DNA from: Hypanus sabinus
Taxonomy: Eukaryota
Assembly (NCBI RefSeq): GCF_030144855.1
Contig: NC_082727.1
Coordinates: 40,114,001-40,178,000, forward strand
Length of the DNA: 64,000 nt
Direction: 5' to 3'
Below are positions 12,125 to 24,951 of this stretch, in pieces. Numbering within the stretch: position 1 is the stretch's first letter; the number at the start of each line of letters is the position of its first letter. A program made the position numbers and the translations under genes. The notes under the pieces were generated by a model, which did not search any database, was not told the origin of the DNA, and saw only the letters and a list, made by a program, of their open reading frames with translations.

Positions 12125-12630
12125 TTGTATGCGCTGTGTTATATGACATGGGCAATCATGGTCTTTCCATGATCAAGATTATTTTTGGCAAATTTTTCTA
12201 CAGAAGTGGTTTGGCATTGCCTTCTCAGTCCTGCCAAAGGGTTTCAGCCTGAAACATCAACAGTACTTTTTCCATAGATGCTGCCTGGCCTGCTCAGTTC
12301 CTCCAGCATTTTGTGTGTGTTGCTCAGAATTCCAACATCTGCAGATTTTCTCTTCTTTGCCATTGCCTTCTTCTGGTCAGTGTCTTTACAAGACTGATGA
12401 ACTCTGGCCATTATCAATGCTCTTCGGAGACTGTCTGCCTGTTGTCAGTGGTCCCATAACCAGGACTTGTGAAATGCACCAGCTGCTCATCCGACCATCC
12501 ACCACCTGCTCCCATGGCTTCATGTGACCCTGATCAGGGGGGCTAAGCAGGTGCTACACCTTGCCCAAGGGTGACCTGCAAGCTAGTGGCGGGAGGGAGT
12601 GCCTTACATCTCCTTTGGTAGAGATGTATC
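12125..12630 (-). mobile_element. SINE with RTE/BovB-like tail, interrupted by a Penelope-derived insert
   Basis: Contains cagaagtggtttg(g)cattgccttc and cttgcccaagggtgacc, motifs typical of RTE-tailed SINEs. Confidence 0.5.
12226..12355 (+). mobile_element. Penelope-derived short element with 16-bp target-site duplication
   Basis: Flanked by tttg(g/c)cattgccttct at 12210-12225 and 12356-12371; begins at a hammerhead-like core. Confidence 0.75.
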
Positions 12631-13357
12631 GATAGCTCACCATCCCTATTATAGTTAAAGTACTTCGAACTATGAACAAGGTAGATGTAAAGAAACTATT
12701 TTCTGTCACAGGGGATCCCAAAGTCACAATCTTAAAATCAGTGTGACTACAAATGGTGCATGTCACAGGGATGTAGGCAATATATTAACAGAGATACAGG
12801 ACAAAGGACAGGATATAGAGGAATGGGGAAAACCCAGCAGTGTTCTGATTGTGAGATGCCATATAAGCCAATGGTGTGCACTCAACTTTTCAGTGCCATT
12901 GACTCTGATCTAAAGAGTTATTCTAATATATCCACATTTACTGATAATACAAAACTGGATGGGAAAATGAGCTAGTGGGATGCAATCATAAGTAGAGAAG
13001 AAGATTGTCATAGCATTCAATTGTTTAAGTGACTGAAGAGGAAGAAAGATAGTGTATAATATGAGAAAATGTGTGTTTGCTTACTTCAACAGGAAGAGTG
13101 GAAAAGAGGTGTGTTTTTTCAACATTCGGGGTCTGATTGGGAAGGCAATAAAGTTTAACAACCTTCATTACAAGGGAGTTGGAATTGAAAGGTAAAGGAA
13201 ACAAGTAAACTGGCCATTCTGAGACTTTTCCTGGAATTGTTCCAGTTTTGATCTCTGTGCCTCAGGGAAGATGGACTTGACTTGAAGTCAACACAGCAAA
13301 TATCTCTAAATTAATTCCAGGAATGAAAAAAGACAGAATAAACAATACCTTTTATTA

Positions 13358-13530
13358 TAAACACAAGAGATTCTGCAGATGCTCGAATTTTTGAGCAAAA
13401 CACTCAAAATGCTGGTGGAACTCAGCAAGTCAGGCTGCTTCTGTGGAAGGGAATAAGCAATGTTCCTGGCCAAGATGAAGGGTCTTGAATGGAAACATTG
13501 GCCATCCATTCTTTGTGTGTTTTGCCTTTG
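13358..13530. mobile_element. Penelope-derived short palindromic repeat
   Basis: acacaagagattctgcagatgct...aaaatgctggtggaactcagc...gatgaagggtctt..gaaacattg. Confidence 0.6.
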
Positions 13531-14719
13531 ATGATCCTGATTATGATCCACATATAGATTTAAAAGTTTGCAATGTTACTTGTTATGCACATTGCTTTTA
13601 CTTACATATCAGTGCTTAGTAGTCTCAAATTCTGCAACATCCACATGCTAAGTTCAACTGATAGTTTATGACTTTCTTCAACTTGCTGAACAATAGATTT
13701 ATTGTGTATCTCTAATGTAAGAAAATGTCCAAGGGATGTCACAGGAATGTAAATCAGACACAAATTTGCATGAAAGCGAAAGACAAGATTTTGGAGGAAC
13801 TCAATGGGTCAAGCAACATCTATGAATGAATTTAGCAGTCTTTTTTTTCTGCTCCAGATTACAGCAACTGTAATCTCTCGTGTCTCCAAAAAATTACATT
13901 AAATCATGTTAACAAAAATAAGGAAAGGTGACTAAAATCTTGATCACGCAAATAGGTTTTGATGCAAGGAGTGAGAGGTGGAGAGACAGAAATGTTTATT
14001 AAGGCCATTTCAGGGCTTGGAGTCTATATATCTAGGCCTATGTTTAGCACTTGTGAGCAACTTAACCAGGAGTATCCAATATACCAAAGCTACAGGAAAA
14101 GAGTTTTCAAGGCTCATTAGCTAGGACAATGTTATAGAAATAGATAGCAGCAAGACCATGGAAGATCAATGTTCAAAGTGACATTAGGACAGGTACAACA
14201 TAAATACTGGGATCCACTATATAGCTACAGTAGTACATATGGAAACCAGCCACATTTTGGGAATTCACATTTTCCATTTGGGATATTGACAGCACTAATT
14301 CCTGTCAGAAAAACATCAAAGTTCAAAGAAATAAAAGAATTGACAGGTTAACAAGTTACAGGAGGACTGTTAGTAGCTGTACATTTGCGGACAAAAGCTA
14401 AAGTCAATGTGTGCAGATAACATCGTTTTAACAAATATATTCTTTCGTACAAAGTGCATTTCATTATGTCAGTGACCCAAATCCAGCTAACCACACAAAC
14501 ATTTGTGATCACTACATAAGCCTCTAGCTGTAAACATTAGTGCCCTTTATTGTAGAATGGGAAGAATTGTGTAAAGGAAAAATGACTATACCGGAGAAGG
14601 AAACATCAAACCATCCCAAGTATTTGAAGGGCATCTGCGTACTGTCAATGATCCAGCCTCCCCTCGTCTTTAGGGAATACTTGGCAAATGTGGCGAGGAA
14701 AATGTGCTGCCTAAACACT

Positions 14720-15035
14720 GGACAAAGATTCTTCAGATGCTGGAAATCTTCACATACACAAATGCTGAAGCAACTCAACACGTACTCAAGGGATTCTGCA
14801 AATTCTGGAAATCCAGTGTAACACGCACAAAACACTGGAGGAACTCAACAGGTCAGGCAGCGTTAATGGATGAAAGGTCTCGCCCGAAATGGCACAGACG
14901 CTGCCCGACTTGCCGATCTCCTCCGACATTTTGAGTGCATATCCATGGAGGGGAATAAACAATCGATCTTTTCGGGTGTGCATGCAGCAGAAGAGATTCT
15001 GCAGACGCTGCAAATATTGAGCAACACGCACGTTA
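14720..15035. mobile_element. Cluster of Penelope-derived short repeats upstream of the RBP4 promoter
   Basis: Repeated gattct(g)cagatgctggaaat..., ctggaggaactcaacaggtcaggcagc and gatgaaaggtctcgcccgaaa motifs. Confidence 0.6.
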
Positions 15036-15181
15036 CTCTGCAATGCCACATCAGTGTTGAGATTCTTTCCGTGAACGTGTCCGCCCACTCTAGGGTGGCG
15101 GTGAAATAGACAGCGCGCTGCGCCTGGAGGGTTAACTGGGAAAAGAGATGCGATCAGTCCCGTTGTTGGGTAACTGTTTCT

Positions 15182-15194
15182 GTCAATGATTTAC
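15182..15194 (+). promoter_or_regulatory. HNF1-like site in the putative RBP4 promoter
   Basis: GTCAATGATTTAC has two mismatches to the HNF1 consensus GTTAATNATTAAC and lies ~350 bp upstream of the ATG of a liver-expressed gene. HNF4-like TGGTCTTTG and TATA-like CATATA follow at ~15276-15290. Confidence 0.5.
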
Positions 15195-15309
15195 ATTCCA
15201 ATGTTTTACCCAGTTTGGGTGGGGGAAGGGAAGGGCAGATTACGAAAGACAGATGACACGGGTTGTGGGCGAGGGTGGTCTTTGCATATAGTTGCACAGA
15301 GGGAACCAT

Positions 15310-15357
15310 CATTTCGAAAGAATTTCTCAAAGCGTTTTATTCACGTCTGGATTAAAG
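15310..15357 (+). other. RBP4: Possible non-coding exon 1 of RBP4
   Basis: The ATG exon is preceded by an acceptor (ctcctctcttAG ending 15525), so an upstream UTR exon is expected. Candidate donor AAG|GTAAAC at 15357/15358 lies downstream of the TATA-like motif. The start is a guess. Confidence 0.3.
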
Positions 15358-15539
15358 GTAAACTTTTGATTAGAATCTGAGCGCTTGTTGAGATTTATAC
15401 TACACGGTAAATGTGACCTGACTTTGGTATTTACCAGGGCACCGTCAGCGGTTTGAATCAGGCCCTTTTGGCCGGGAGGGTTTGCTACATTAACGTGTAA
15501 TGCATGTATGTGACTCCTCTCTTAGGGAGCCCGCGGACG

Positions 15540-15659
15540 ATGCTGCGGTGTACGATCCCCGCGCTTCTGGCAGCACTGATCTCCATTTCCAGTTGCTCCG
15601 CCAGGTCTGACTGCATAGTGGACAACTTCCAAGTGAAGGAAAACTTCAACCAGACCCGG
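15540..15659 (+). CDS. RBP4: Retinol-binding protein 4, coding exon 1 (signal peptide and N-terminus)
   Basis: MLRCTIPALLAALISISSCSARSDCIVDNFQVKENFNQTR; hydrophobic signal peptide; C..VKENF motif; donor CGG|GTAAGT. Confidence 0.95.
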
Positions 15660-15747
15660 GTAAGTCCGTGTCTCGGCGAGCCCGGGGTGAGCAGGAGACT
15701 CGGCGGTGACCTCCAGCCCTAATCGCCCTCCCCTTACTCTCTCGCAG

Positions 15748-15881
15748 TACGCAGGAAAATGGTACGCCTTCGCAAAGAAAGATCCCGAGGGTCTGTTCCT
15801 CGAGAAGGACATTCACGCCGACTTCAAGATCGAAAATAGGACCATGATTGCCAAAGCGACCGGTCTGGTCTCTTTACTACC
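15748..15881 (+). CDS. RBP4: Retinol-binding protein 4, coding exon 2
   Basis: Acceptor ctcgcAG; [44 protein letters not shown](P); lipocalin GxWY motif and RBP-type KKDPEGLFL; donor CC|GTGAGT (phase 2). Absent from the ORF track in this frame. Confidence 0.96.
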
Positions 15882-15976
15882 GTGAGTGTTTACTCAGCCC
15901 CAAATCCCGATCCCACACTAGGTTCTGTGCCGACTGCCTTCTTTGCTCTCTCTTTCTCACTCATGAACTTTTCTAG

Positions 15977-16083
15977 GGATTGGATTGTGTGCGCCGAAAT
16001 GATGGGAACCTTCAACAACACGGCCAACTCTGCCAAATTCAAACTGAAGTACTGGGGAGCAGCCGAGTACCTCCAGAAAGGCA
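15977..16083 (+). CDS. RBP4: Retinol-binding protein 4, coding exon 3
   Basis: Acceptor ttttctAG; DWIVCAEMMGTFNNTANSAKFKLKYWGAAEYLQKG; 107 nt; donor A|GTGAGT (phase 1). Confidence 0.96.
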
Positions 16084-16289
16084 GTGAGTAACCGGTGTCG
16101 GATGGAGATTGGGGGTGGGAGAGAGAGACCACACCATGACCCAGTGTAAGTCAAACTGGAACCCAGGACCAGCATGTGAAACATACCAGAATTGATTGTG
16201 GTTTAGTGCCAAGCATAAAGCACAGGACAATACCATAGCAGACAACACAATAGCAATCAAGATTTAGAAATTTTCTGAGATTTAGAGTA

Positions 16290-17510
16290 TTACACCTGAG
16301 TGTGTTTTGGTGAGAAGCCGGATAGCTACAGGAAAGAAGATTTGGAGATGATGTGCAGTCTTGGTGTGTAGAGTCTCCCTGATTGCAATTTGGTGAAGAG
16401 GTGACTGCCAGGGTGGGAGGGAGTCAGCAGTAGAATTTTTGGCTCTTTTCTTCGCTCTGGTGATGAACAGGTTTTTTATTGTTGGTAGCTGGCAGCCAAT
16501 GATCTCCGCTGACTGGACCACTCGCTGTAACCTGGACCTGGAGAGGGTGGAGGTGGTGGGAAACCAAATGGTGATAGAGGTGGTCACAACATTCAATAAA
16601 GACTGAGTAAAAATTCATCAGGATACACCCTGAGATGTTGAGTTTCCTAAGCTGGTGTAGGAAGAACAGCCTATGTTGGTCTTTCCTAGTGACGTGCTGG
16701 TCCCACTTCAATTGGTAATGGTAGTCTCCAAGAATTTGCATGACTCAAACACAGACACAGCCTGACCATTAATTTGAGGGGAAGGGGGCAGATAGGGTTT
16801 TTGTTTTGGCAGAAGTCAGTCTACATTTTCACTGTCTTGATTGTATTAAGCTCAAAGTTAGTAAGAGCACTGCATGCTACAAAACTGTCTACCACTGAAA
16901 GCAGATCACATCATTATTGGAGATGAGAGCAATTACAGTTGTATCATCCATGAACTTTAGGGTCTTAATGGATTTGTCTGTAGAGGTCCAGTCATTTGTA
17001 TACAGTAAGAGCAGGAGGGAGTGAAAGAACACAGCCCTGGGGAGAGCTGTGCTTATAGACTTTGGATCAAACAAATAGGAGCCCAGCCTTACATACTGCT
17101 CCCTTCCTGTCAGGAAGGTTGTATTCCACTGACAGTTGACTAGCTGGATCAGCTTGCTGTAGAGCAACTCTAGAACAATAATGTTGAAGGTGGAGCTAAA
17201 ATCCACAAAACAAGATCCTCACATAGGTGTTGGGGGTGTCCAAATGTAATGAAGGCACATTAACTGCATCCTCAAGGAGCAATTTCCTCTACAAGCAAAC
17301 TGTGGTGGGTCAAGAAGGGGGACCAGTAATGGACTTAAGGTAGGCCAACATCAGACGCACAAAGATTTTCATAACTATTGAAGTCAGAGTGATTGGCCTT
17401 TTATCATTTAGTCCTGTGACCTTGTCTTTCCTGGGAAATGGATCAACTGTGGCCACGTTAAGGCTGTCTCGAACTCTACATGTTTGCAGGGAGTTAGGAA
17501 ATCCTGTACT
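16290..17510 (-). mobile_element. Degenerate Rex1/Babar LINE fragment in an RBP4 intron
   Basis: LNDKRPITLTSIVMKIF, MDFSSTFNII, KFMDDTTVIALISNND, HRLFFLHQLRK, FFPVAIRLL relics. Confidence 0.85.
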
Positions 17511-17519
17511 TAAATTCAT

Positions 17520-17945
17520 AGACTTGTGCAGCATATGAACAGACCCTTCATCCCAATGAATCCCTGCTCACCTCCCTACCTGGGCTAATCCTATTTGCCT
17601 GTATTTGGTCCATACCTTTGTAACTGTCCAAACCTCCTAAATGTATCTGTCTCTAACACTTCTGCAGCAGCTAGATCCATGCACCCACCACTCTCTGTGT
17701 GAAAAAGTTGTCTCTCTGATTTCTTTTAAATTTTTCCCCTCTCATTCTAAGCCTATGCCCTCTTGTTTCAAACTGCTCCACTCTAGGGGAAAGACTTCGG
17801 CTATTCATCTTAGCTGTGCTCATAATTTTATTACCTTCTATAATGTCACTCCTCAAACTTCAGTACTCCTGGGAAGAAAGCCTTAGCCTATCCAGCCTCT
17901 CCTTACAACCCAAACCCATCAGTCCCAGTAACATCCTCATAAATT
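17520..17945 (-). mobile_element. CR1-type LINE 3' end
   Basis: TRGHRLRMRGEKFK..FFTQRVVGAW relic. Confidence 0.8.
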
Positions 17946-17969
17946 TTTATCTATGCTCTAGAGCTGAAT

Positions 17970-19336
17970 GACAGGCTCTAATAGTAATCTGGGAAATTAT
18001 AGGCCAGTAAGTTTGATGTCTGTAATAGGTAAATTATTGGAAGGAGTACTAAGGGAAAGGGTCTACAGGTATTTTGGATAGACAGGGACTTATTAGGGAA
18101 AGTCAACATGGCTTTGTTAGGTCATATTAGAGTTTTTCAAGGAGGTTACCAGGAAACTGGATGAAGGGAAGGCAGTAGATGTTGTCTACATGGACTTAAG
18201 TAAGGCCTTTGACAAGGTCACGCATGGGAGGTTAGGAAGTTTCAGTCGCTAGGTATACATGGTGAGGTAATGAACTGGATTAGACATTGGCTCAATGGGA
18301 GAAGCCAGAAAATGGTAGTGGAGGATTGCTCCTCTGTGTGGAGGCCTGTTACTAGTGGTGTGCCACAGGATCCATTGTTATTTGTCATCTATATCAATGA
18401 TCTGGATGATAATGTGGTACATTAGATCAGCAAATTTGCTGATGATACAAAGATTGGAGGTGTAGTGGACAGTGAGGAAGGTTTTCAAAGCTTACAGAGG
18501 AATTTGGACCTGCTGGAAAAATGGGCTGAAAAATGGCAGATGGAGTTTAATACAGACAAGCGTGAGGTATTGCACTTTGGAAGGACAAACCAAGGTAGAA
18601 CATACAAGGTAAATGGTAAAGCACTGAGGAGTGCAGTGGAACAGAGGGATCTGGGAATACAGATACAAAAATTCCATAAAAGTGGCATCACAGGTAGATA
18701 GGGTGGTAAAGAGAGCTTTTGGTACATTGACCTTTATAAATCAAAGTATTGAATATAAGAGTTGAAATGTTATGGTGAGGTCGCATAAGGCATTGCTGAG
18801 GCCGAATTTGGAGTATTGTGTGCAGTTTTGGTCACCAGATTACAGGAAGGATATTAATAAGGTTGAAAGAGTGCAGAGAAGGTTTACAAGGATGTTGCCG
18901 GGACTTGAGAAACTGAATTACTGAGAAAGGTTGAATAGGTTAGGACTTTACTCCTTGCAGCGTAAAAGAATGAGTGGAGATTTAATAGAGGTATATAAAA
19001 TTATGATGGGTGCAAGCAGGCTTTTTCCATTGAGGCTTGGCGAGAAAAAAAACAGAGGACATGGGTTAAGGGTGAAGGGGGAAAAGTTTAAAGGGAACAT
19101 TAGAGGGGGCTTCTTCACACAGAGTGGTGGGAGTGTGGAATGAGCTGCCAGATGAAGTGGTAAATGCGGGCTCACTTTTAACATTTAAGAAAAACTTGGG
19201 CAGGTACTTGGATGAGAGGTGTATGGAGGTATATGGTCCTGGTGCAGGTCAGTGGGACTAGGCAGAAAAATGGTTCAGCACAGCCAAGAAGGGCCAAAAG
19301 GCCTGTTTCTGTGCTGTAATGTTCTATGGTTCTATG
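17970..19336 (+). mobile_element. CR1-type LINE RT region to 3' tail
   Basis: NYRPVSL, KAFDKV, SKFADDTKIGG, WAEKWQMEFN, LEYCVQFWSP relics; tail gttctatggttctatg. Confidence 0.9.
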
Positions 19337-19419
19337 ACAGCCAGGCCAGCCAGAACTCTTTGCATGTAGTTCTGGCAATATGCCATAAACCAGCAGCTAA
19401 AATTTATAAGTATTTGTTT

Positions 19420-20270
19420 ATTATTGTCACATGTACTGAAATTCAGTGATAAACATTTGTTTTTTGATAAGTACAATAAGATGGACTCTTGACCTCACAA
19501 TCTACATCATTATGATTTTGCATCTTATTGTTTGCTTGCATTGTACTTTCTTTGCAACTGTTACACTTTAGTCTGCGTTCTGTTATTTCACTTTGTTCTA
19601 CTTCAGTGTACTGCGTAATGATCTGATGTGTATGAACAGTATGCAAGACAAGCTTTTCACTGTATCTCTGTAGATAAGGTAATAATAAACTTATTCCAAT
19701 TGTTGCACGCCATCCAGTCAGATTGTGTAATACGTGCATCAAAGCAGTAAAAAGAAACAGAGAATGCAGAATATTGTATTGTAGATCTATATACTCTGTA
19801 GAAAAAGTGAAGTGCAGGTAGAATAAGGTGTAAGTGGACCACAATGAGCTAAATTGGGAGATCATGTCAGCAGATGAAAGGACCATTCAAGAGTCTGACA
19901 ACAGTGGGATAGACTCCATCTTAAGTCTGGTGGTTCCTACTCTCAAATCTTTCCTCCTGCCTGAAGGGAGAGGGGTGAGTATGGTTTTTGATTATGTTAG
20001 CTTTCCAAGGCAGAAGTGTAGGCAGTAGCAATGGAGAGAGGGCTAGTTTGTGTGACAAATTGAGCTGTGTCCACAACTCTCTGTAACTCCTTGTGGTCTT
20101 GGATAGAGCAGTTGTCATATCAGTCCGTGAACACATCTGAATAGGATGCTTTCTGTGGTGCATCTTTGAGAATTGGTAAGAGTCGTCAAGCACACACTGG
20201 TCTCCTAATGCAAAAGCGACATTGGTGTGCTTTGTTTATCTTAATGTTGTCAGACCAAGACAAATTGCTG
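19420..20270. mobile_element. Nested Rex1-type LINE tails
   Basis: Minus-strand tails (tttattattgtcacatgtac.., atacagtgaaaagcttgtcttgcatactg) and a degenerate RT 3' relic. Confidence 0.5.
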
Positions 20271-20384
20271 GTGATATTTACAGTAGTAACTTTTGTCTTC
20301 ATTTTAGACCATCTCAGTGTTCTAAATAATAGCATAAAGCATAAAACATTTTCAAAATGCAAATTGGTCAAATCAATTAGACCA

Positions 20385-21110
20385 TAAGGTAAAGAGATCC
20401 ACAGATTCATCACTCTTGCTGAAGAAATTCCTCCTCATCTCTGTTCTAAAAGAACACCCCTCTATTCTGAGGCTGTATCCTCTGGTCTTAGACTCACCCA
20501 CCATAGGAAACATCCTCCACGTCCACTCTATCAAGGCCTTTCACCATTTGATAGGTTTCAATGAGGTCACCGCTCATTCTTCTGAATTCTAATGAATACA
20601 GGCCCAGAGCCATTAAATGCTTTTTTATATGACAATCCTGGAATCATTTTCGTGAACTTTCTTTGAATCCTTTCCAGCGTCAGCACATCCTTTCTAAGAT
20701 AATGGGCCCAAAACTGCTCATAATACTTCAAGCCTTGACATTACATCCTTGCTTTGATATTCTAGTCCTCTTGAAATGAATATTAGCATTGCATTTGCTT
20801 TCCTCACCACAAACTCAACCTGCAAATTAGCCTTTAGGGAATGTTGCACAAGGACTCCCAAGTCTCTTTGTGCCTCAGATTTTTGAATTTACTTTCCATT
20901 TAGAAAATACTCTACCCCTCTATTTCTTCTACCAAAGTGCATGGCCATACACTTCCCAACACTTTATTCCATCTGGCGCTTTTATTTCCCATTCTCCTAG
21001 TCTGTCTAAGCCCTTTTGTAGCTTCTGTACTTCCTCAAAACAGCCTGGCCATTCACCTATCTTCATATCATCCTCAAACTTTGCAAGAAAGGCATCTATT
21101 CCATCGTCCA
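20385..21110 (-). mobile_element. CR1-type LINE fragment
   Basis: AKFEDDMKIG..LQKGLDRLGEW relic and 3' region. Confidence 0.85.
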
Positions 21111-22018
21111 GGAATATGGACAGGGAGGAGGAGATTTTACTTGATTTCAGGGCGCAGAATGCAGAAGGACATGGAACATCCCAAACCAAGATATTACAAA
21201 TCATTTATCTTGACCTGAATCTACCCATCTCCCTCTAAAGATTCTGCCTGATCCATTGAAGTCCTACAACATTTGGTAGTTGCTTCAGATTCCAGCATCT
21301 GCAGTGTCTTAAGTCTCTATAGTGTTTATTTTTCCTTGCTTTCTTTCCTGACATCTTACATTTTACTTCTGTTTCAATTTTTTTGGTTCAAGCAAAGAAA
21401 GGAATTATTTAAATTTATGTGGGTAGATCAGTTAGGGAGGTGGAAATAGCGATCCCTCATCAATGTTTGCAATGGAAAATTTATCCTATTGCAGACAGAA
21501 TGGGTTCTTGAATAAGCAGTTGTGTGTATGGAGTGGTGGACTTCTGAGGGTTATGCTCTGCTGGTAGTCCATGACCAAGCAAAGTAACTGGTCTAGCTCT
21601 GTAGTGTTTAGTTTGTGAAGCAGAATCATGCAGATGGTGCACAATTAGCAACAGGCTTTATATAAGTAGAAGCTTATAACTTAGTGAAAAAAAATCACAA
21701 GGACATCCATCTTGATTGGAGGAGCAAATATTACAGAGATTTGAAGGAGTGAGATCAAGAGAAATTTGAAAACGAGATTGAGAATCTTATAACTAAGATC
21801 GGGATGCAATGATGGCCAAGGAGCACGAGGATCATGGTGAAACAGCATTTGGTACATTTAAGGCATGTACATTAAAATTTGCATGAGTTTATGTTCATGA
21901 AGAACAATAGAAAGGATACTGGGCATAGTTAACCATTGTTTGAATGGAACCAACTTCTCTTGGGTTATGAGATTGTTCATTGGGATACAGAATACATTGG
22001 AATCTTTCTTCCTTTCAG

Positions 22019-22231
22019 TTGATGATCACTGGATTATAGACACAGATTATGATAATTATGCCATTACATATACATGCCGAAAGCTGTATGAAAATAGGAC
22101 ATGTGCGGACAGCTATTCATTCGTCTTCTCACGCAGACCAGAAGGACTGACCACTGAATCACAGCGCATTGTCAGAAAATGGCAGGAGCATCTCTGCCTG
22201 GCATTCAAATACAAGCGTGTTCCTCAAACAG
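22019..22231 (+). CDS. RBP4: Retinol-binding protein 4, coding exon 4
   Basis: Acceptor ctttcttcctttcAG; (I)[21 protein letters not shown]...[11 protein letters not shown]...[13 protein letters not shown]; lipocalin TDY motif; 213 nt; donor G|GTAAAT. Confidence 0.97.
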
Positions 22232-23221
22232 GTAAATTAATGAAAATCATTACACAGTGTGCCACTGTGAGTGCATAATAATATTATTTTTGAGGGGATT
22301 TTCATGTGGAATATTTGCATAGAATTCTGATATAGATGTCTCTTTAACACTAAGAAGTTTTCTGGTGAGATCACTGACCCCTAATGGCTTCCTGTTACAC
22401 CATATTTTACTACAAACCCTTCCCGTTTGTAATTGTAAAATTGTCACCTGTGATGGTGCTATAGCATCCATATCAGTTTTGGGCACCACCTAATGGGGTA
22501 AATTTTTCTCTCCAACCTTCAGGGACTTGATCACTTGCGCCTTTGAAAACACTTACAAATCCAGTACCTCTGTCTCACGACAGGAAAATGGCAACCATTG
22601 CACCAACTTTGTTCTTCCTTACCTCCCCTAGACAATCCTCCCACTTCCATTGGCTCCACATTAGTTTCTCACTGATTTGCTCAGAGTCTTCCTTTCATGT
22701 GCTTATTCTCCTTATTTTAATGAGAAGATTTTTATCCAATCTCAGCGGTAGCATTGCACGTCCTTTCTCCAGCCATCACTTACTTTTTATCTCCTGTACT
22801 GCCTGATCACTTGACTTCTAGTTAACTCCAGTCTTCAAATGAAATCTACGTGAACTGAAATGACTCTGTCTATTCTATTTTCCAGCCCCTACATATATAT
22901 ATGGAGTCTGCTACAGCCTACTAACCCTTTGTCCTTAACCAGAGGCCTGTTCCAAGTCACTCAAGCTCCAGAGCTTTCTTCTCAATGCTAGCAAACTTAT
23001 GGAAAATCTCCTTCCTTAATACATCCCAAATTAGGCTTTTTTTTGAAAGGTTTTCAAACAATTGGATAATCTCCATAATGCTAAAAGACTCTTGAATTCC
23101 CCACTGGTGCCTTGTTTTAGGAATTCCATTGGAACTGTGACCCACAGTCCTTTTCTATTTGGCCTTTAGATACTTTCTGAAACAATTTAAATAGAGTAGT
23201 TACAAATGTGGTGTGCTATTA

Positions 23222-23665
23222 CATGTTGCATCCGCAAAGCAAACAGCATTACGAAGGACCCCACACACCCTTCATACAAACTATTCTCCCTCCTGCCATC
23301 TGGGAAAAGGGACGGAAGCATTCAGGCTCTCACAACCAGACTATGTAACAGTTTCTTCCCCCAGGTCATCAGACTCCTCAATACCCAGAGCCTGGACTGA
23401 CACCAACTTACTGCCCTCTACTGTGGATATTGTTTTGTTTATTGTTTATTGTAATGCCTGCACTGTTTTGTGCACTTTATGCAGTCTTGGGTAGGTCTGT
23501 AGTCTAGTGTAGTTTTTTTCTGTGTTGTTTTTACGTAGTTCAAAGTAGTTTTTGTACTGTTTCTTGTAGCACCATGGTCCTGAAAAATATTGTTTCATAT
23601 TTACTGTGTACTGTACCAGCAGTTATGGTCGAAATGTCAATGAAAAGTGACTTGACTTGACTTGA
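23222..23665 (+). mobile_element. Young Rex1/Babar 3' end (same subfamily as 3820-4834)
   Basis: Near-identical to 4420-4834; CIRKANSITKDPTHPSYKLFSLLPSGKR..FFPQVIRLLN; (GACTT)n tail. Confidence 0.88.
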
Positions 23666-24870
23666 AATGTAACAGAACATAGAACACTGCAACACAGTAC
23701 AGGTCCTTTGGCCTACAATGTTGTACCAAACTTTTAACCTACTCCAAGATCAGTCTAACCCTTCCCTTTCACAAAGTAATACAGTGAATTCTGGAAAGAA
23801 ATTCTCTGAAGCATGACAAATGTCGCCCTACCCTTGTCTTTTTCTCTCTGGCATTGTTTCTGACTGTCTAGGATATGCATGGGTGATGTTGTTGCTTGTT
23901 CCTTTAGCACTATTGTTCAAAGATTCACTTTACAATGAAATTTGTTTGCAGAAGCAAATACAGTTGAGGTAGTGTCCTGAAATCACAGTACCAAAATACA
24001 TATTGTATTTATTCCATGATTATTTTACATTTGCTAAATTCTGAAACTGAAGTGTGGTATCTAAAAAAATGCGATATATGATCAGTAATACATAAAATTC
24101 TTTCCTTTCAATAAAAACTCGGTACTTGTTGACAGCATTTCTGATAATTAAGTTCCTTTCATCACCTTTCTGGTGAAAACTGTCTGTAGAACTTTGCAGC
24201 AATGTAGTTCCACCCCCTGGTGGCACTGTAGCTCAGCTGGTATTGTAGAGAATCTCTCTTGCTCCACAAACTCAGTATCACTAATTCCTAAATTGGTGTT
24301 TAAGTAAAATAGAAAATGTTGGAAGTACTCAGTATCCATGGTAGGAAAAGGAAATGGAAGATCTATGATCTGAATAGTAACTTACTCCTTCCACAGATGC
24401 AGCCCGACCTGCTGAGTATTTACAACATTGTCTGTTTTGATGTTAGATTTCCTACACCTGCAGGCTTAGATTTATCATTTCTGTTGTTCTAATTAATTAT
24501 AAATGATATTAAATCAAGCATATACCAGTTAGTTTAACAAGTATGAACCTGAACTAGGCATTGAATAATGTCTGTCTTGACCCAATTAACCCCACTTAAC
24601 TTAAAAACACCACCTCAAAATGCATAATAGCTCTTGAATCCCCTTAAATTGGGAAGTGAACAATAATGGGGCCAATTTTCTATTGATCCTGAAATTGCAA
24701 GCTTCCTTAACCTTTGACATTGGATGCAATCTTGCACAACATGCTATACATCATGATCCATTGCAGGGCAATTTCTACCATAGAATGGCTTTGACAATTG
24801 GTGAAATCCTATTTCTCAGCTTTGCAGCTAATATATTTTATTTAAATTGAATGATTGTGAACATCTATGG

Positions 24871-24951
24871 CAGGGGTTTCCAAACATTTTAATGCCATGA
24901 ACGCCTACCATTAACCAAGAGGTTTGTAGACCTCCAAGTTTGGAACCCCTG
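24871..24951. mobile_element. 81-bp hAT-like MITE
   Basis: TIRs CAGGGGTTTCCAAAC / GTTTGGAACCCCTG; flanks atctatgg / atctacaa are a partial 8-bp TSD; degenerate second copy near 39060-39137. Confidence 0.65.

Noticed and set aside
22523-22530. Acceptor-like ttttctctccaaccttcAG giving G-T-TGA, with TGA in the register of the sixth RBP4 cysteine (selenocysteine idea)
   Set aside because: No SECIS evidence, and a normal G-S-C-P exon with a poly(A) signal exists at 27486.
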